Part shown: piece by piece, positions 35,795-45,513 of the stretch | Position numbering within the stretch: position 1 is the stretch's first letter | Layout: every line of letters starts with the position of its first letter | Position numbers and translations under genes: made by a program | Notes under the pieces: generated by a model | Databases searched by the model: none | What the model was told of the DNA's origin: nothing | Seen by the model: only the letters and a program-made list of their open reading frames with translations | NCBI GenBank assembly: GCA_963824555.1 | Contig: CAWGPW010000007.1 | Span: 26,186 to 90,185, forward strand | DNA from: an uncultured delta proteobacterium | Lineage (GTDB): Bacteria; Myxococcota_A; Polyangia; Fen-1088 | Length of the DNA stretch: 64,000 nucleotides | Direction of reading: 5' to 3'

Positions 35795-37849
35795 CTACTT
35801 CCCGTACCCGGCCGCCACGATGTTCGCTTGCACCGCGTCTTCCACCGCATCCGTTGGGTAGCCGGTGACAATCGCACCTTCGAAGAAGATTCCCGAGCTG
35901 GCATTGGAGCCACAACCCGCGCACGGCTTGCAACAGTCGCCACCGCAGCCGAGGATGAGGGCACCTTGTTTCTTCATCGGGCTCCATCCTCCGGGGAGGG
36001 CACCTTTGTAGTAGGTGCTCAGGCTGCCGGTGGTCGCGTCGCTGCCCCTGAGTGCGTATTCCGTCGTACCATTGTTCTTCAGGACGGCGGTGACGAACGG
36101 GGCTGTCTGGGTTGGATCGTTCGCATTCTTGCTGGTGCTGCCTTGGGCGAAGAGTCCGTACTCGAGATCGGCCATCACCCACGGACCGGATCCCGACCCC
36201 GAGCCCCAGGCCGTGGTGGTGCTGAAGTTGAGAGAATCCATGGCACCGGCTCCATCGGCACTTCGGTCGGTTTCGCTGTTGCCATAGTCGAAGCAACACC
36301 CCGCGTTGGCGTGCCTGCTACTCGTCACCATGTACATCCCCTCGGGTTGGCTACCGGTTGCCATGCCTGACGAGGAACCGTCGTGCCAATAGCAATTTCC
36401 TGGACTGATATAGACCGAGTAAACCTTGTGCCCGCCGACGTTCACCGGATCGGTGGTTGCCTTCGCAGGGACGCTCGACGCTGGAGCGGGGACCTGGGTC
36501 GATCCCTGGTACCATAGGTCGTTTCCTTTCCCAGACTGGTCGTAGACCACGGTGAGGACACAGGTAGAACCGGCGCAGAACGTATCTTCGGGCGCTGTGT
36601 CGGCGATGCCACCAGGCGCCAGGGGCAAGATGTCCTTCGTGGTGTTGTCCGAGCGCCGGACCTGATAGAGCTTCCCGTTGTAGGCGCCGTAGAGTGCCCG
36701 CACCACACTGTGCGCGGCAACGCATGGCGCATTGGCGGCCGCATAAATATCGCAAGGCCCCGTGGTGCCGCCGGAGGCGGCGGACCCGCCTGAGCCGTTC
36801 ATTCCGCCCGAAGCGCTCTGCCCCGCTGCCCCGCCTGAGCCGCTCGTGCCACTGGCCCCGGCCAAGCCACTGCCCCCCGAACCACCCTGTCCCGTTGCAC
36901 CGCCGGCACCGCCCGAACCAGTGACGCCGCCCGCGCCGCCCGTGCCGCTCCTGCCCCCTACACCGGCCTGCCCAGTTGATCCGCCTACGCCTCCCAGGCC
37001 GGTGGCACCGCCTGCGCCACTCCTGCCACCCGAACCGACCTGCCCGCCGCTACCGGTCGCGCCGCCCGAACCCGTGTTGGCGCTCTTCTGGAGCACGATG
37101 GTTCCTGTCATGGTCGGCTTTGTACTCTGAGGGGTCATGGTCATCTGGTTTCCCGAAACGCAGTACGAGTACTTCGTGTCGCCCGAGTCGCCCGTGAGGG
37201 TCACCACGTTGTCGGAGATCGTGTAATTGCCGCTTGTCGACGGCGCCATGGACAGGAGCCCAATCCCGCCCGTCTGTTTCGCGATGGCCGAGCAGTCGCA
37301 CCCGCCGCCCGCAGCAGACGGGCAATCGAGCGAGGCATAGCCTAGGACGCTGGCTAGGAGGTTCGCCGCGCCGTCGCAGGTGACGGGTGTAGACGAAATC
37401 ACCAGGCAAGACGCCGCCAACGTGATCTGCTCGTCGCCCGTCGTGACCGTGTTGTCCGTATAGGTCCCGTTTGAGTTGGCGATCCACGTCCCACTTGTCT
37501 GGAGGGACCCCGTGACCGGCCCGGACGGGCAACCCGCACCAACCAACGACAGGTCCAGCTCGCCCGTCACCTTCAAACACGACGGCGTCACGGTCCAGGT
37601 TCCGACCACATCGCCACCGCATGGTGCCACGTCGGGCGTCACGTCGGAGCAGGACGCTCCGCCGCTGCCGGAGCTTCCGCCCACCTGTCCGCCACTGCTG
37701 GAGCTTCCACCGGTACCTTTGGCGCCCCCGTTGCTGCTGCTGCCGCCGCTCCCTGTTCCCCCGCCGCCGGAGCTTTGTTTACAGCCAGCGCTCACCATGG
37801 TCGAGGCGATCACCAACGCGCTTACGAGCCCGACAAGTATGCTTCGCAT
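35795..37849 (-). CDS. GH54 alpha-L-arabinofuranosidase lipoprotein with an extra N-terminal Cys-containing domain between two Gly-rich tethers
   Basis: GGGAGG RBS, then MRSILVGLVSALVIASTMVSAGC. The order is tether, ~190-aa unknown domain, second tether, then PCDIYAAANAPCVAAHSVVRALYGAY…CCFDYGNSETD…GPWVMADLEYGLF…VQANIVAAGYGK. The last part is the arabinofuranosidase B catalytic-domain pattern. Confidence 0.9.
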   Translation of the reverse strand: MRSILVGLVSALVIASTMVSAGCKQSSGGGGTGSGGSSSNGGAKGTGGSSSSGGQVGGSSGSGGASCSDVTPDVAPCGGDVVGTWTVTPSCLKVTGELDLSLVGAGCPSGPVTGSLQTSGTWIANSNGTYTDNTVTTGDEQITLAASCLVISSTPVTCDGAANLLASVLGYASLDCPSAAGGGCDCSAIAKQTGGIGLLSMAPSTSGNYTISDNVVTLTGDSGDTKYSYCVSGNQMTMTPQSTKPTMTGTIVLQKSANTGSGGATGSGGQVGSGGRSGAGGATGLGGVGGSTGQAGVGGRSGTGGAGGVTGSGGAGGATGQGGSGGSGLAGASGTSGSGGAAGQSASGGMNGSGGSAASGGTTGPCDIYAAANAPCVAAHSVVRALYGAYNGKLYQVRRSDNTTKDILPLAPGGIADTAPEDTFCAGSTCVLTVVYDQSGKGNDLWYQGSTQVPAPASSVPAKATTDPVNVGGHKVYSVYISPGNCYWHDGSSSGMATGSQPEGMYMVTSSRHANAGCCFDYGNSETDRSADGAGAMDSLNFSTTTAWGSGSGSGPWVMADLEYGLFAQGSTSKNANDPTQTAPFVTAVLKNNGTTEYALRGSDATTGSLSTYYKGALPGGWSPMKKQGALILGCGGDCCKPCAGCGSNASSGIFFEGAIVTGYPTDAVEDAVQANIVAAGYGK

Positions 37850-38019
37850 GAGACCTCCCATGTAGCCTGTCGATAGGAGCCCACTTGTGTAACGGAATCT
37901 GGCCTATCCTTCGCCGACTCCCAATCCTGCTTCAATGGTGAGGGTCATGGAGCTGTGTGTTGCACTGCCCTTCCCGCGGGCTCGAAATCCTGAAGATGGC
38001 CGGATCGACGGCGTCAGGT

Positions 38020-39054
38020 TCATCGCGCGGCTGCCGTCGCCTCTTCTAAGACGACCTCCGAGGCGGCCTTGTCCTCGCGCAAGCCGAGAAAAGTAGAATG
38101 GCGAAGCAAACCGTCCTGGGTGAATCCCGAGAAGGAAACCTCGGCCACGAGCTCGGGCTTGACCCAGTGGACAGCGCGCGCCTCGGCGCCGGTCGGCGCA
38201 TGCACGAGATCGGGTTGCTGGTCGCGCAGGAAAGAAAGCTTGGTGTGGAGGGTGCACAGAGAATTTTCGCTGAACCCGGTGCCGACACGTCCTCGGTACA
38301 CGAGCTTCCCTCCCGTGTGCGTGGCCAACAACAGCGCCCCGAGAAGCGTGCGCGAGCCCTTCGGATCGGTGAACCCTACCACGACAAACTCCTGGCGCTG
38401 GCTGCACTTCGTCTTCAACCAACTGCGGCTGCGCCCCGAGCGATAGGGCGCGTCCAGTCGTTTGGAGACGATTCCCTCCAGACCCATGCGGGCCGCCTGG
38501 GCGAGAAAGGCCGGTCCTTGCCCAATCACGTGGTCGCTCAGGCGAATCGTGTTGGCGAAGGGAGGTGGAACGCGGGTGAGCAACTCCGCCAGCAACGCCT
38601 TGCGCTGGGCAAGGCCCATGGCTTGCAGATCGACGCCGTTCAAGTACAGCAAGTCGAATGCGAAGTAGACGAGGAGAGCGTCGCGCGCGCCACCCAGCGC
38701 GTCCTGCAGGCGCTGGAAATCGCTCACCCCACGCTCGTCGAGGACGACCATCTCGCCGTCGAGCAAGACTGTCTCGGCCGGGATGCTTTCCGCTGCTTTC
38801 GCCAAAGTGGGCATGCGATTCGTCCAGTCGTTCCCTCGGCGCGAAAGCAGCGTCGCCTTGCCTCGCTTGACGCTCGCCAGGATGCGGTAGCCGTCGAATT
38901 TGATCTCATGCAGCCAGTCTTGTCCGGACGGGGGTGCGTCCGCGAGGGAGGGCAACTCGGGCTCGATCCGCTCGGGCAATGGCCCAATGGTCGCGCCGGA
39001 AGCCTTCGCAGCGTCGGTGCCGTATTTGCGACTTTTGGAGGGCGCGCCCGTCAT
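38020..39054 (-). CDS. Standalone ATP-dependent DNA ligase (LigD-type ligase domain with OB fold)
   Basis: Motif I WLHEIKFDGYR, motif III LLDGEMVV, motif IV LEGIVSK and motif V SWLKTKC are all intact. Confidence 0.9.
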   Translation of the reverse strand: MTGAPSKSRKYGTDAAKASGATIGPLPERIEPELPSLADAPPSGQDWLHEIKFDGYRILASVKRGKATLLSRRGNDWTNRMPTLAKAAESIPAETVLLDGEMVVLDERGVSDFQRLQDALGGARDALLVYFAFDLLYLNGVDLQAMGLAQRKALLAELLTRVPPPFANTIRLSDHVIGQGPAFLAQAARMGLEGIVSKRLDAPYRSGRSRSWLKTKCSQRQEFVVVGFTDPKGSRTLLGALLLATHTGGKLVYRGRVGTGFSENSLCTLHTKLSFLRDQQPDLVHAPTGAEARAVHWVKPELVAEVSFSGFTQDGLLRHSTFLGLREDKAASEVVLEEATAAAR

Positions 39055-39064
39055 GGTCGACGTC

Positions 39065-41233
39065 TCACCCGCGCCCGCGCTCGAGAGCTGCTCGCGCGGC
39101 CTTGATCTTGGCCGCGGTCAGTTTCTGGCGGACACTCCCGTAGCTCGCCCAGGGATCCTGTTCCGGGTACCAGCGGTCGACATCGCCGACGTGAAATGCG
39201 TCGTCGCGGGTTCCGAATCCCAGGGCATCCCATGCCACCGGCACCGAGACCGTCGCGGCTGGTTGTGCGCGCGACGAAAAGACGCTGACCGAGGTCGCGC
39301 CCCGGCGATTGCGAAGGTAGTCGACGAAGATCTTGTCGGTGCGGGGGGCCTTGGCCAAGCCGGCGGAGAAGCGCGCTGGCTCGTAGCGCGCCAGCGCCTG
39401 GGCCATGACCCGTGAAAACTCGAGCGTGTCCTCCCAAGTCGCGGCAGGGGTCAGGGGAACGACCACGTGCAAGCCCTTGCCGCCGGTGGTCTTGACGAAG
39501 CTCGCGAGATCGAGCGTCTCGAGCACGTCGCGCACGCGCCTCGCGCCGTCGACGATGTCCGACCACGGAACCTCCGGCCCTGGGTCGAGATCGAAGACGA
39601 TCCGGTCGGGCCGCTCGAGGTCGCGGGTGCGGGCGTTCCAGGGGTGGATCTCGAGGACGTTCATCTGCGCCAGGGTGACGAGGCCGCGCACATCGTCGAC
39701 GATCATGGCGGTGCCCGCGCCCGTGCCGCCGATGATCTCGAATTGCCTCAGCTCGGGCGGCGCCCAATCGCCGGCGTGGCGGACGAAAAAGCGCTGGCCG
39801 CCCATGCCGTTCGGAGCGCGTACCAGGGTCAACGGCCGGTCTACCAGGTGGGGCAGCATGCGCTCGCCGATGCGTTCGTAAAAGCGCGCGAGGTCGAGCT
39901 TGGTGATGCCGACGTCGGGATAGAGCATCCGCCCGGGGTGGGTCAACTTCACGCCCGCGATGCGCGGTTGGTTCAACGCCGGCTTGTCGGCCAGCTTCGG
40001 CGATGCCTCCGCCACGGACGCATCCCTGCCCTTGCTCGCGCCGTTCGTTCGGCAGCGGACGATTCGCCAGGCCGATGCGGGCGGCGGATAGCGGCTGTCG
40101 ACCTTCTTCGACACGATCCCCGCCGCGCCAAGTGCGCAGGCCTGGACGAAGATCTCGCGCCCTCGCCCCACGACATGGTCCGCGAAACGCAGCGCCGGCT
40201 CGGCCTTTACAACCAGGGAAGCGAGCGCGGATTTCCGTTCGCCGAGCGGAACCCGGGTCAGGTCGTGGCCGTCCAAATACGGCAGATCGATCGCGTACAG
40301 CGTGTCGGCCGGGCCATCCGCCCCCGAATGTCCGTCCGGTCGCAACGCCGTGGCGATGCCGTCGATCAAAGCCTGGCCTACGGGCAGGCTCCGGACCGCG
40401 CCGACCACGCCCACGAGCGCGGACGTGCGATCGTGCCCGTCGGCGCCGAGCAGTTGAACGCGTCCCCCATCCACGCGGGCCACGACCCGTTCGCCCACGA
40501 TCTCGATCTCGTGCAGCCACTCGTCCCCGTCGGGGACCGTGCGCGCGAGCCTGGGTCGCGCCGGGCGGATCCCTTCCGGCATCGGCGCCGCGCGAGCACC
40601 TAGCAGTGCGCCGGCGTCGCTCCGCCCGCGGTTGGAATGCCAGACGCGGTCGGAGGCCGCGGCGATGGCGTCCAGATCGCGCCCCGTAACCACGCTTTCG
40701 GGGCGAGCCTCGGTCACGCTCCATTCGGCCTCGGGACGCGCGTGCTCGTCGCGATCCTTGACCAGCAGCCAGCTCCGGTCGTCGCTACCGTGGCCGGCCC
40801 GCCCGCGTGCCTTCAACCGGACCAGTGCCCAGCGTCCGCGCAGCTTCTCGCCAAGCAGCTCGAACTTGAGGTGGCCGCTGGCGAGGCCCGCCCCCGGATC
40901 GAACAGCGGCTTCCACGTTCCCTTGTCCCACAGCAACACCGTGCCACCGCCGTATTGACCGGCGGGGATGATGCCCTCGAATCCACCGTAGTCGATGGGA
41001 TGATCCTCCACCGCGACCGCCAACCGCTTGGCCGAGGGATCGAAGCTCGGCCCCTTGGGAATGGACCAACTCTTGAGAACGCCGTCGAGCTCGAGGCGAA
41101 AATCGTAGTGCAATTGGCGCGCGGCGTGCTTCTGCACCACGAAGCTCCGGCCCGTCGGCGTCGCGCCCACGCGGGCCGGGGGCTCGGCCGTGACCGTGAA
41201 GTCGCGCTTGCGCTTGTACTCGTCGAGTGCCAT
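39065..41233 (-). CDS. ligD: Multidomain LigD: phosphoesterase, degenerate ligase-like module, polymerase/primase
   Basis: The N-terminal PE domain reads FVVQKHAARQLHYDFRLELDGVLKSWSIPKGPS…. The middle module has WLHEIEIVGER where KxDG is expected. The C-terminal Pol domain reads …FFVRHAG…IVFDLDPGP…FVKTTGGKGLHVVVPL…. Confidence 0.9.
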   Translation of the reverse strand: MALDEYKRKRDFTVTAEPPARVGATPTGRSFVVQKHAARQLHYDFRLELDGVLKSWSIPKGPSFDPSAKRLAVAVEDHPIDYGGFEGIIPAGQYGGGTVLLWDKGTWKPLFDPGAGLASGHLKFELLGEKLRGRWALVRLKARGRAGHGSDDRSWLLVKDRDEHARPEAEWSVTEARPESVVTGRDLDAIAAASDRVWHSNRGRSDAGALLGARAAPMPEGIRPARPRLARTVPDGDEWLHEIEIVGERVVARVDGGRVQLLGADGHDRTSALVGVVGAVRSLPVGQALIDGIATALRPDGHSGADGPADTLYAIDLPYLDGHDLTRVPLGERKSALASLVVKAEPALRFADHVVGRGREIFVQACALGAAGIVSKKVDSRYPPPASAWRIVRCRTNGASKGRDASVAEASPKLADKPALNQPRIAGVKLTHPGRMLYPDVGITKLDLARFYERIGERMLPHLVDRPLTLVRAPNGMGGQRFFVRHAGDWAPPELRQFEIIGGTGAGTAMIVDDVRGLVTLAQMNVLEIHPWNARTRDLERPDRIVFDLDPGPEVPWSDIVDGARRVRDVLETLDLASFVKTTGGKGLHVVVPLTPAATWEDTLEFSRVMAQALARYEPARFSAGLAKAPRTDKIFVDYLRNRRGATSVSVFSSRAQPAATVSVPVAWDALGFGTRDDAFHVGDVDRWYPEQDPWASYGSVRQKLTAAKIKAARAALERGRG

Positions 41234-41297
41234 CGCTTCAGCGACCGTTCCTTCTCGCGACGTGAATCCCCACGGCTTTCGTGTCAGAAGCAGGAGC

Positions 41298-42005
41298 GTG
41301 AAGACCTGGATCGGAACCAGCGGCTTCAGCTACCCCGCGTGGCGCGGAAGCTTCTACCCGGCGAAGATGCCGCCGGCGAAGATGCTGGCGTATTACGCCG
41401 AGCGCCTGACGACCGTCGAGATCAACAACACCTTCTATCGCATGCCCAAGGCCGAGATGCTGGCGGCCTGGGCCGCGACGACGCCGGCCGCGTTCCGCTT
41501 CGCGCCCAAGGCGCCGCAACTGATTACGCACCGACAGAAACTGGCCGGCGCGGCCGACGCCCTCGCCTATTTCCTGAAGGCGCTCTCGTCGTTCGGGGAG
41601 AAACTGGGGCCCATCCTGTTTCAGCTGCCGCCGTTCTTGCGCAAGGATGTCCCGCGCCTTGCGGACTTTCTCGCACTCTTGCCCCGCGAAACCCGCGCCG
41701 CCTTCGAATTTCGCCACCCCTCTTGGTTCGACGATGCCGTCTACGAGACCCTGCGCGCGCACGGCGCGGCCCTGTGCGTCGCCGACGCCGAGGAGCTGGC
41801 CACGCCGTTCGTGCCCACGGCATCGTGGGGTTACTTGCGCCTGCGCCGCACCGACTACGACGACGCCGCGCTTGCGGCCTGGGCCAAGAAGCTCGCAGCG
41901 CTGGAGCCCACCTGGGCCGACGCATTCGTCTACTTCAAGCACGAGGACGCGGGCCTCGGCCCGAAGCTCGCCGCGCAGTTCGTGGAAAAACTGTCCCAAG
42001 GTTGA
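41298..42005 (+). CDS. DUF72 (YecE-like) family protein
   Basis: AGGAG RBS and a GTG start. VKTWIGTSGFSYPAWRGSFYP…YYAERLTTVEINNTFYRMP…ILFQLPPF…FEFRH.SW… is the DUF72 signature. Confidence 0.85.
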   Translation: MKTWIGTSGFSYPAWRGSFYPAKMPPAKMLAYYAERLTTVEINNTFYRMPKAEMLAAWAATTPAAFRFAPKAPQLITHRQKLAGAADALAYFLKALSSFGEKLGPILFQLPPFLRKDVPRLADFLALLPRETRAAFEFRHPSWFDDAVYETLRAHGAALCVADAEELATPFVPTASWGYLRLRRTDYDDAALAAWAKKLAALEPTWADAFVYFKHEDAGLGPKLAAQFVEKLSQG

Positions 42006-42132
42006 TTGGATGTCGACCGAGCGTTGACGTCACGAGTTGCGAGAGCCGCCCGACGCTGCACGGCGCCATGGTACCGGACTCAAACAGTCCTTTTTTTGGC
42101 ATCGACCTCATTTCGGGATCAGAATTTGCTGC

Positions 42133-43092
42133 ATGGCGCGCGCAATTTCGACCGGCACGATTTCCTTCGGACTGGTATCGATTCCAGTCAAGCTCTACTC
42201 CGCGACCCAATCCTCCGCGGGGATTTCCTTCAACTTGCTGCACGGCAAGTGCGGCTCGCGGCTCAAGCAGCAGTACGTCTGTCCCGTGGACAACGAGGTC
42301 GTCTCGCGCGACGAGATGGTCAAGGGCTATGAGTTCGCGAAGGATCAGTACGTCACCTTCACGCCCGACGAGCTCAAGGCGCTGGAAGAAAAGACGACCC
42401 AATCCATCGAGATTGCCCAATTCGTCCCGCTCGAGAGCGTCGATCCCCTGTACTACGAAAAGGCCTATTACCTCGGCCCCGAGAAAGGCGGCGAAAAGGC
42501 GTACCGGCTCCTTGGCACGGTGATGCGCGAGGCGAATCGCGCCGCCGTGGCCCGCTATGCGGCGCGGGGCAAACAGTACATCGTCATGCTTCGTGTCTCC
42601 AACGACGCCCAGGGCGGGATTGGCCTCATCATGCAGACCTTGCTGTACGCCGACGAGGTTCGGCCCTTTTCCGAGGTTCCCATCCCGGATGCCGACGTCA
42701 AGGAATCCGAGGTCAAGCTGGCCAAGCAGCTCGTCGACCAAATCGGATCGGAGACGTTCAACCCGGCGGACTACGAAGACGATGTCCGCAAGCGAATCCA
42801 GGCCGACATCGAGCGCAAGGTCGCGGGCAAGGAAATCGCCACGGCGCCGACCGCGTCCGAAACCGGCCGAGTGATCGATTTGATGGAGGCCTTGAAGGCG
42901 AGCCTGGGCGAGGGGCGTCCGGCTGCCAAGGCCGCGACCGAGAGCGCCGACGCTGCGCCCATTGCGAGCCTGGCGAAGGCGGCGGAGGCGGAAGGCGTTC
43001 TCGAGCGCAAGCCCGCCCGGCGCGCCAACGCAACGGAGGATGCCGGGCCAGGTGCGAAGGTCGAGGCACGGAAGCGCGCGAGTAGACGGTGA
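42133..43092 (+). CDS. ku: Ku protein (NHEJ DNA-end-binding)
   Basis: MARAISTGTISFGLVSIPVKLYSAT…VVSRDEMVKGYEF.KDQYV….E…YY.EKAYYLGP is the bacterial Ku pattern. A basic C-terminal tail follows. Confidence 0.9.
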   Translation: MARAISTGTISFGLVSIPVKLYSATQSSAGISFNLLHGKCGSRLKQQYVCPVDNEVVSRDEMVKGYEFAKDQYVTFTPDELKALEEKTTQSIEIAQFVPLESVDPLYYEKAYYLGPEKGGEKAYRLLGTVMREANRAAVARYAARGKQYIVMLRVSNDAQGGIGLIMQTLLYADEVRPFSEVPIPDADVKESEVKLAKQLVDQIGSETFNPADYEDDVRKRIQADIERKVAGKEIATAPTASETGRVIDLMEALKASLGEGRPAAKAATESADAAPIASLAKAAEAEGVLERKPARRANATEDAGPGAKVEARKRASRR

Positions 43093-43159
43093 CCCACCCG
43101 GGCGGCCGGCACCGAAGGATCTTCACCTTGCCCCGCGAGGCGAGAGGATCGGATCGGTG

Positions 43160-45316
43160 CTAGGGCGGCGCTGGCCCTTCGGTCGGTGATGATGCGGGCT
43201 CGGCAGTCAGCAGGCGGGACAGGGTCATCCGCAAGTCGCGTAGTTGATAGGGTTTGGGCAGACTGCCGTCGAATCCGAACTCCTGCGGGCGGGCCAGCAC
43301 ATCGTCACCGGCATAGCCGCTCGAGGCCAGCACGCGAATCGTGGGATCCAGCCGTTTGAGCCGGTGAACCGTTTCCTTGCCGCCCGGGCCGCCCGGGATC
43401 GTGATGTCGAGGATGGCGGCGCGAAAGGGCCGGCCCGCGGCCAGGGCCGCGCTGGCCAGGTCCACAGCCTGCTGCGAGCTCTTGGCTTCAATCGATTGGT
43501 AGCCACAGCGGTGCAGCATGGCGCTGGCGACCTTCAGCACGAAATCCTCGTCGTCCATGACCAGCACCTGACCATGCCCCCCGTCGCCTTCGCTGGTGGA
43601 CGCATCCGAGCTCGCGATCGTGCTCGCCGCCCGCGGTAGCCAGACGTGGAACACGGAACCAACCCCCAGCTCCGATTCAACCTCGATGTGACCGTCGTGC
43701 TTGCGCACGATGGAATAGCTGGTGGCCAAGCCGAGCCCGCTGCCTTGCGCCTTGGTGGAAAAGAACGGATCGAAGATGCGCGGCTGGTGCTCACGTGGGA
43801 TGCCGACGCCGTGGTCGTGGATGGAGACGTGCACGTGGTCCGCGGCGGGCAGGTGCGCGGGCATGGCCGCCGAAGGAACATTCCTTATCCGCACCTCGAT
43901 GCGTCCACCGTCCGGCATGGCTTGCTTGGCGTTGATGACCAGGTTGTCGACAACCTGACCCATCTGGTTTTCGTCAACACTGGACAGCCATTTCGTCTTC
44001 TCGAAATCGAAAGACGCCTCGCAGTTCGATCCGGTGGTCGCGAAAGTGACGGACTTCCGCACCAGCTCGCCCACGTCTTGGATCTTGCGCAGGGGCGCCC
44101 CCCCCTTGGCGAAGGTCAGAAGTTGCTGGGTCAGGGCGCGGGCGCGGCCGGAAACCGAGAGCGCATCGCGCACGTTCTCCTCTGCTTCCTTGATGGTACG
44201 CTCGCGCAAGGCCTCCTTGGCCAATTCGAGATGGCCGAAAACACCCGCCAGAAGATTGTTGAAGTCGTGGGCGATGCCGCCGGCCAACACGCCCAGCGCT
44301 TCCAAACGCTGCGCCCGGCGCAAGACATCCTCCATGGCTTGTTTGGCGGTGACGTCCACGAGGGCACTGATGACACATGTCTCTTGACCGACGACGAACA
44401 CGCTCGAGGACAGGAGAACACGGATGATGGTGCCATCCTTGCGGCGAACATCCCCCTCGACCCCGCGCACGGTCTGTCGCTCCGCGAGCTCAGCCGCCAT
44501 ACGCTGGCGCAGAGAGGGATCGACCCAGAAATTCAAGTCGTCCTGCAATGCGCTGCGACCCAAAATCTCGTCCAGGACGTAGCCGGTCAGGGACAGGAAC
44601 GCATCGTTGGCCTTGAGGCACAGGCCGTCCGACAAGCGCGAGATCAGCAACGCATTGGGGCTGAGACGGAACATGGTCACGAAGCGCTCCTCGCTGCTGC
44701 GCAGGGCCTCCTCGCTCCGCTTGCGATCGGTGATGTCTCGCACGGCGGCCACGACGTATCGCTGGCCGCCCTCCGAGCCCGCGCCCAAGCTCACCTCGAC
44801 CCAAAAACAACTTCCATCACGACGTTGTGCGCGCCATTCGAAGCGTTGCGCCCCCTGCGCGACGCTCTCGTTCAGCCACTCCATGGCGCGACTCTGAGAG
44901 TAGCCCGTTTCATTGTCGGAGATCTCGCCGATGGACATGCCGATGAGCTGTTCGTGCGCGTAGCCGTAGATCTCGCAGGCGTGCTGGTTGCAATTCAAGA
45001 TGCGGCCCGACTGGGCCTCGTGGACGAAAATGGCCTCGTTCACCGTATTGTAGATGGCCTTGAGCTGCTCGGCGCCAGCCTTCATCGAGGCTTGTCGCTC
45101 CTCGATGGCGTGGTCACGTCGCCGGAGCGCCCCGTACAGTAGCAACGCCGTCGTGGCCACGAAGAGCCAGCCCTTGCTGGTACTCAGCTCCTCCACCACG
45201 GTGGGATCCCTCGAGATGCGGCTCACCAAGTGGTCGGAGGACACGATCCACAGTGCGGAAACGACGACGTAGGCTCCGACGATAAGTCGCAGATTGGAGC
45301 GCAGTGAGTCCTTCAT
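43160..45316 (-). CDS. Hybrid sensor histidine kinase / response regulator (2 TM, 2 PAS, HisKA, HATPase, REC)
   Basis: Starts MKDSLRSNLRLIVGAYVVVSALWIV…. Has PAS-like segments, the H-box GGIAHDFNNLL, G-boxes DHGVGIP…GSGLGLA, and a C-terminal receiver VLVMDDE…AAILDITIPGG. Confidence 0.9.
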   Translation of the reverse strand: MKDSLRSNLRLIVGAYVVVSALWIVSSDHLVSRISRDPTVVEELSTSKGWLFVATTALLLYGALRRRDHAIEERQASMKAGAEQLKAIYNTVNEAIFVHEAQSGRILNCNQHACEIYGYAHEQLIGMSIGEISDNETGYSQSRAMEWLNESVAQGAQRFEWRAQRRDGSCFWVEVSLGAGSEGGQRYVVAAVRDITDRKRSEEALRSSEERFVTMFRLSPNALLISRLSDGLCLKANDAFLSLTGYVLDEILGRSALQDDLNFWVDPSLRQRMAAELAERQTVRGVEGDVRRKDGTIIRVLLSSSVFVVGQETCVISALVDVTAKQAMEDVLRRAQRLEALGVLAGGIAHDFNNLLAGVFGHLELAKEALRERTIKEAEENVRDALSVSGRARALTQQLLTFAKGGAPLRKIQDVGELVRKSVTFATTGSNCEASFDFEKTKWLSSVDENQMGQVVDNLVINAKQAMPDGGRIEVRIRNVPSAAMPAHLPAADHVHVSIHDHGVGIPREHQPRIFDPFFSTKAQGSGLGLATSYSIVRKHDGHIEVESELGVGSVFHVWLPRAASTIASSDASTSEGDGGHGQVLVMDDEDFVLKVASAMLHRCGYQSIEAKSSQQAVDLASAALAAGRPFRAAILDITIPGGPGGKETVHRLKRLDPTIRVLASSGYAGDDVLARPQEFGFDGSLPKPYQLRDLRMTLSRLLTAEPASSPTEGPAPP

Positions 45317-45513
45317 GGCGGGCGTCCGGCTTCCGAGTGTACTCCGACCTTTGCCGCGCTGCCGAGGGGAACCACGCACGGGTAGACAGGTGAAATCGTG
45401 TCGCTGCCAACCCCGCAGCCCGGACTGCATTTCCGCCGTAGCGCTGCCGGGGGTCTGGTGGGTATCATAACCCGATGAAGACTTGCGGCTTCTCTCGTCG
45501 GCAGAAGGATCCC

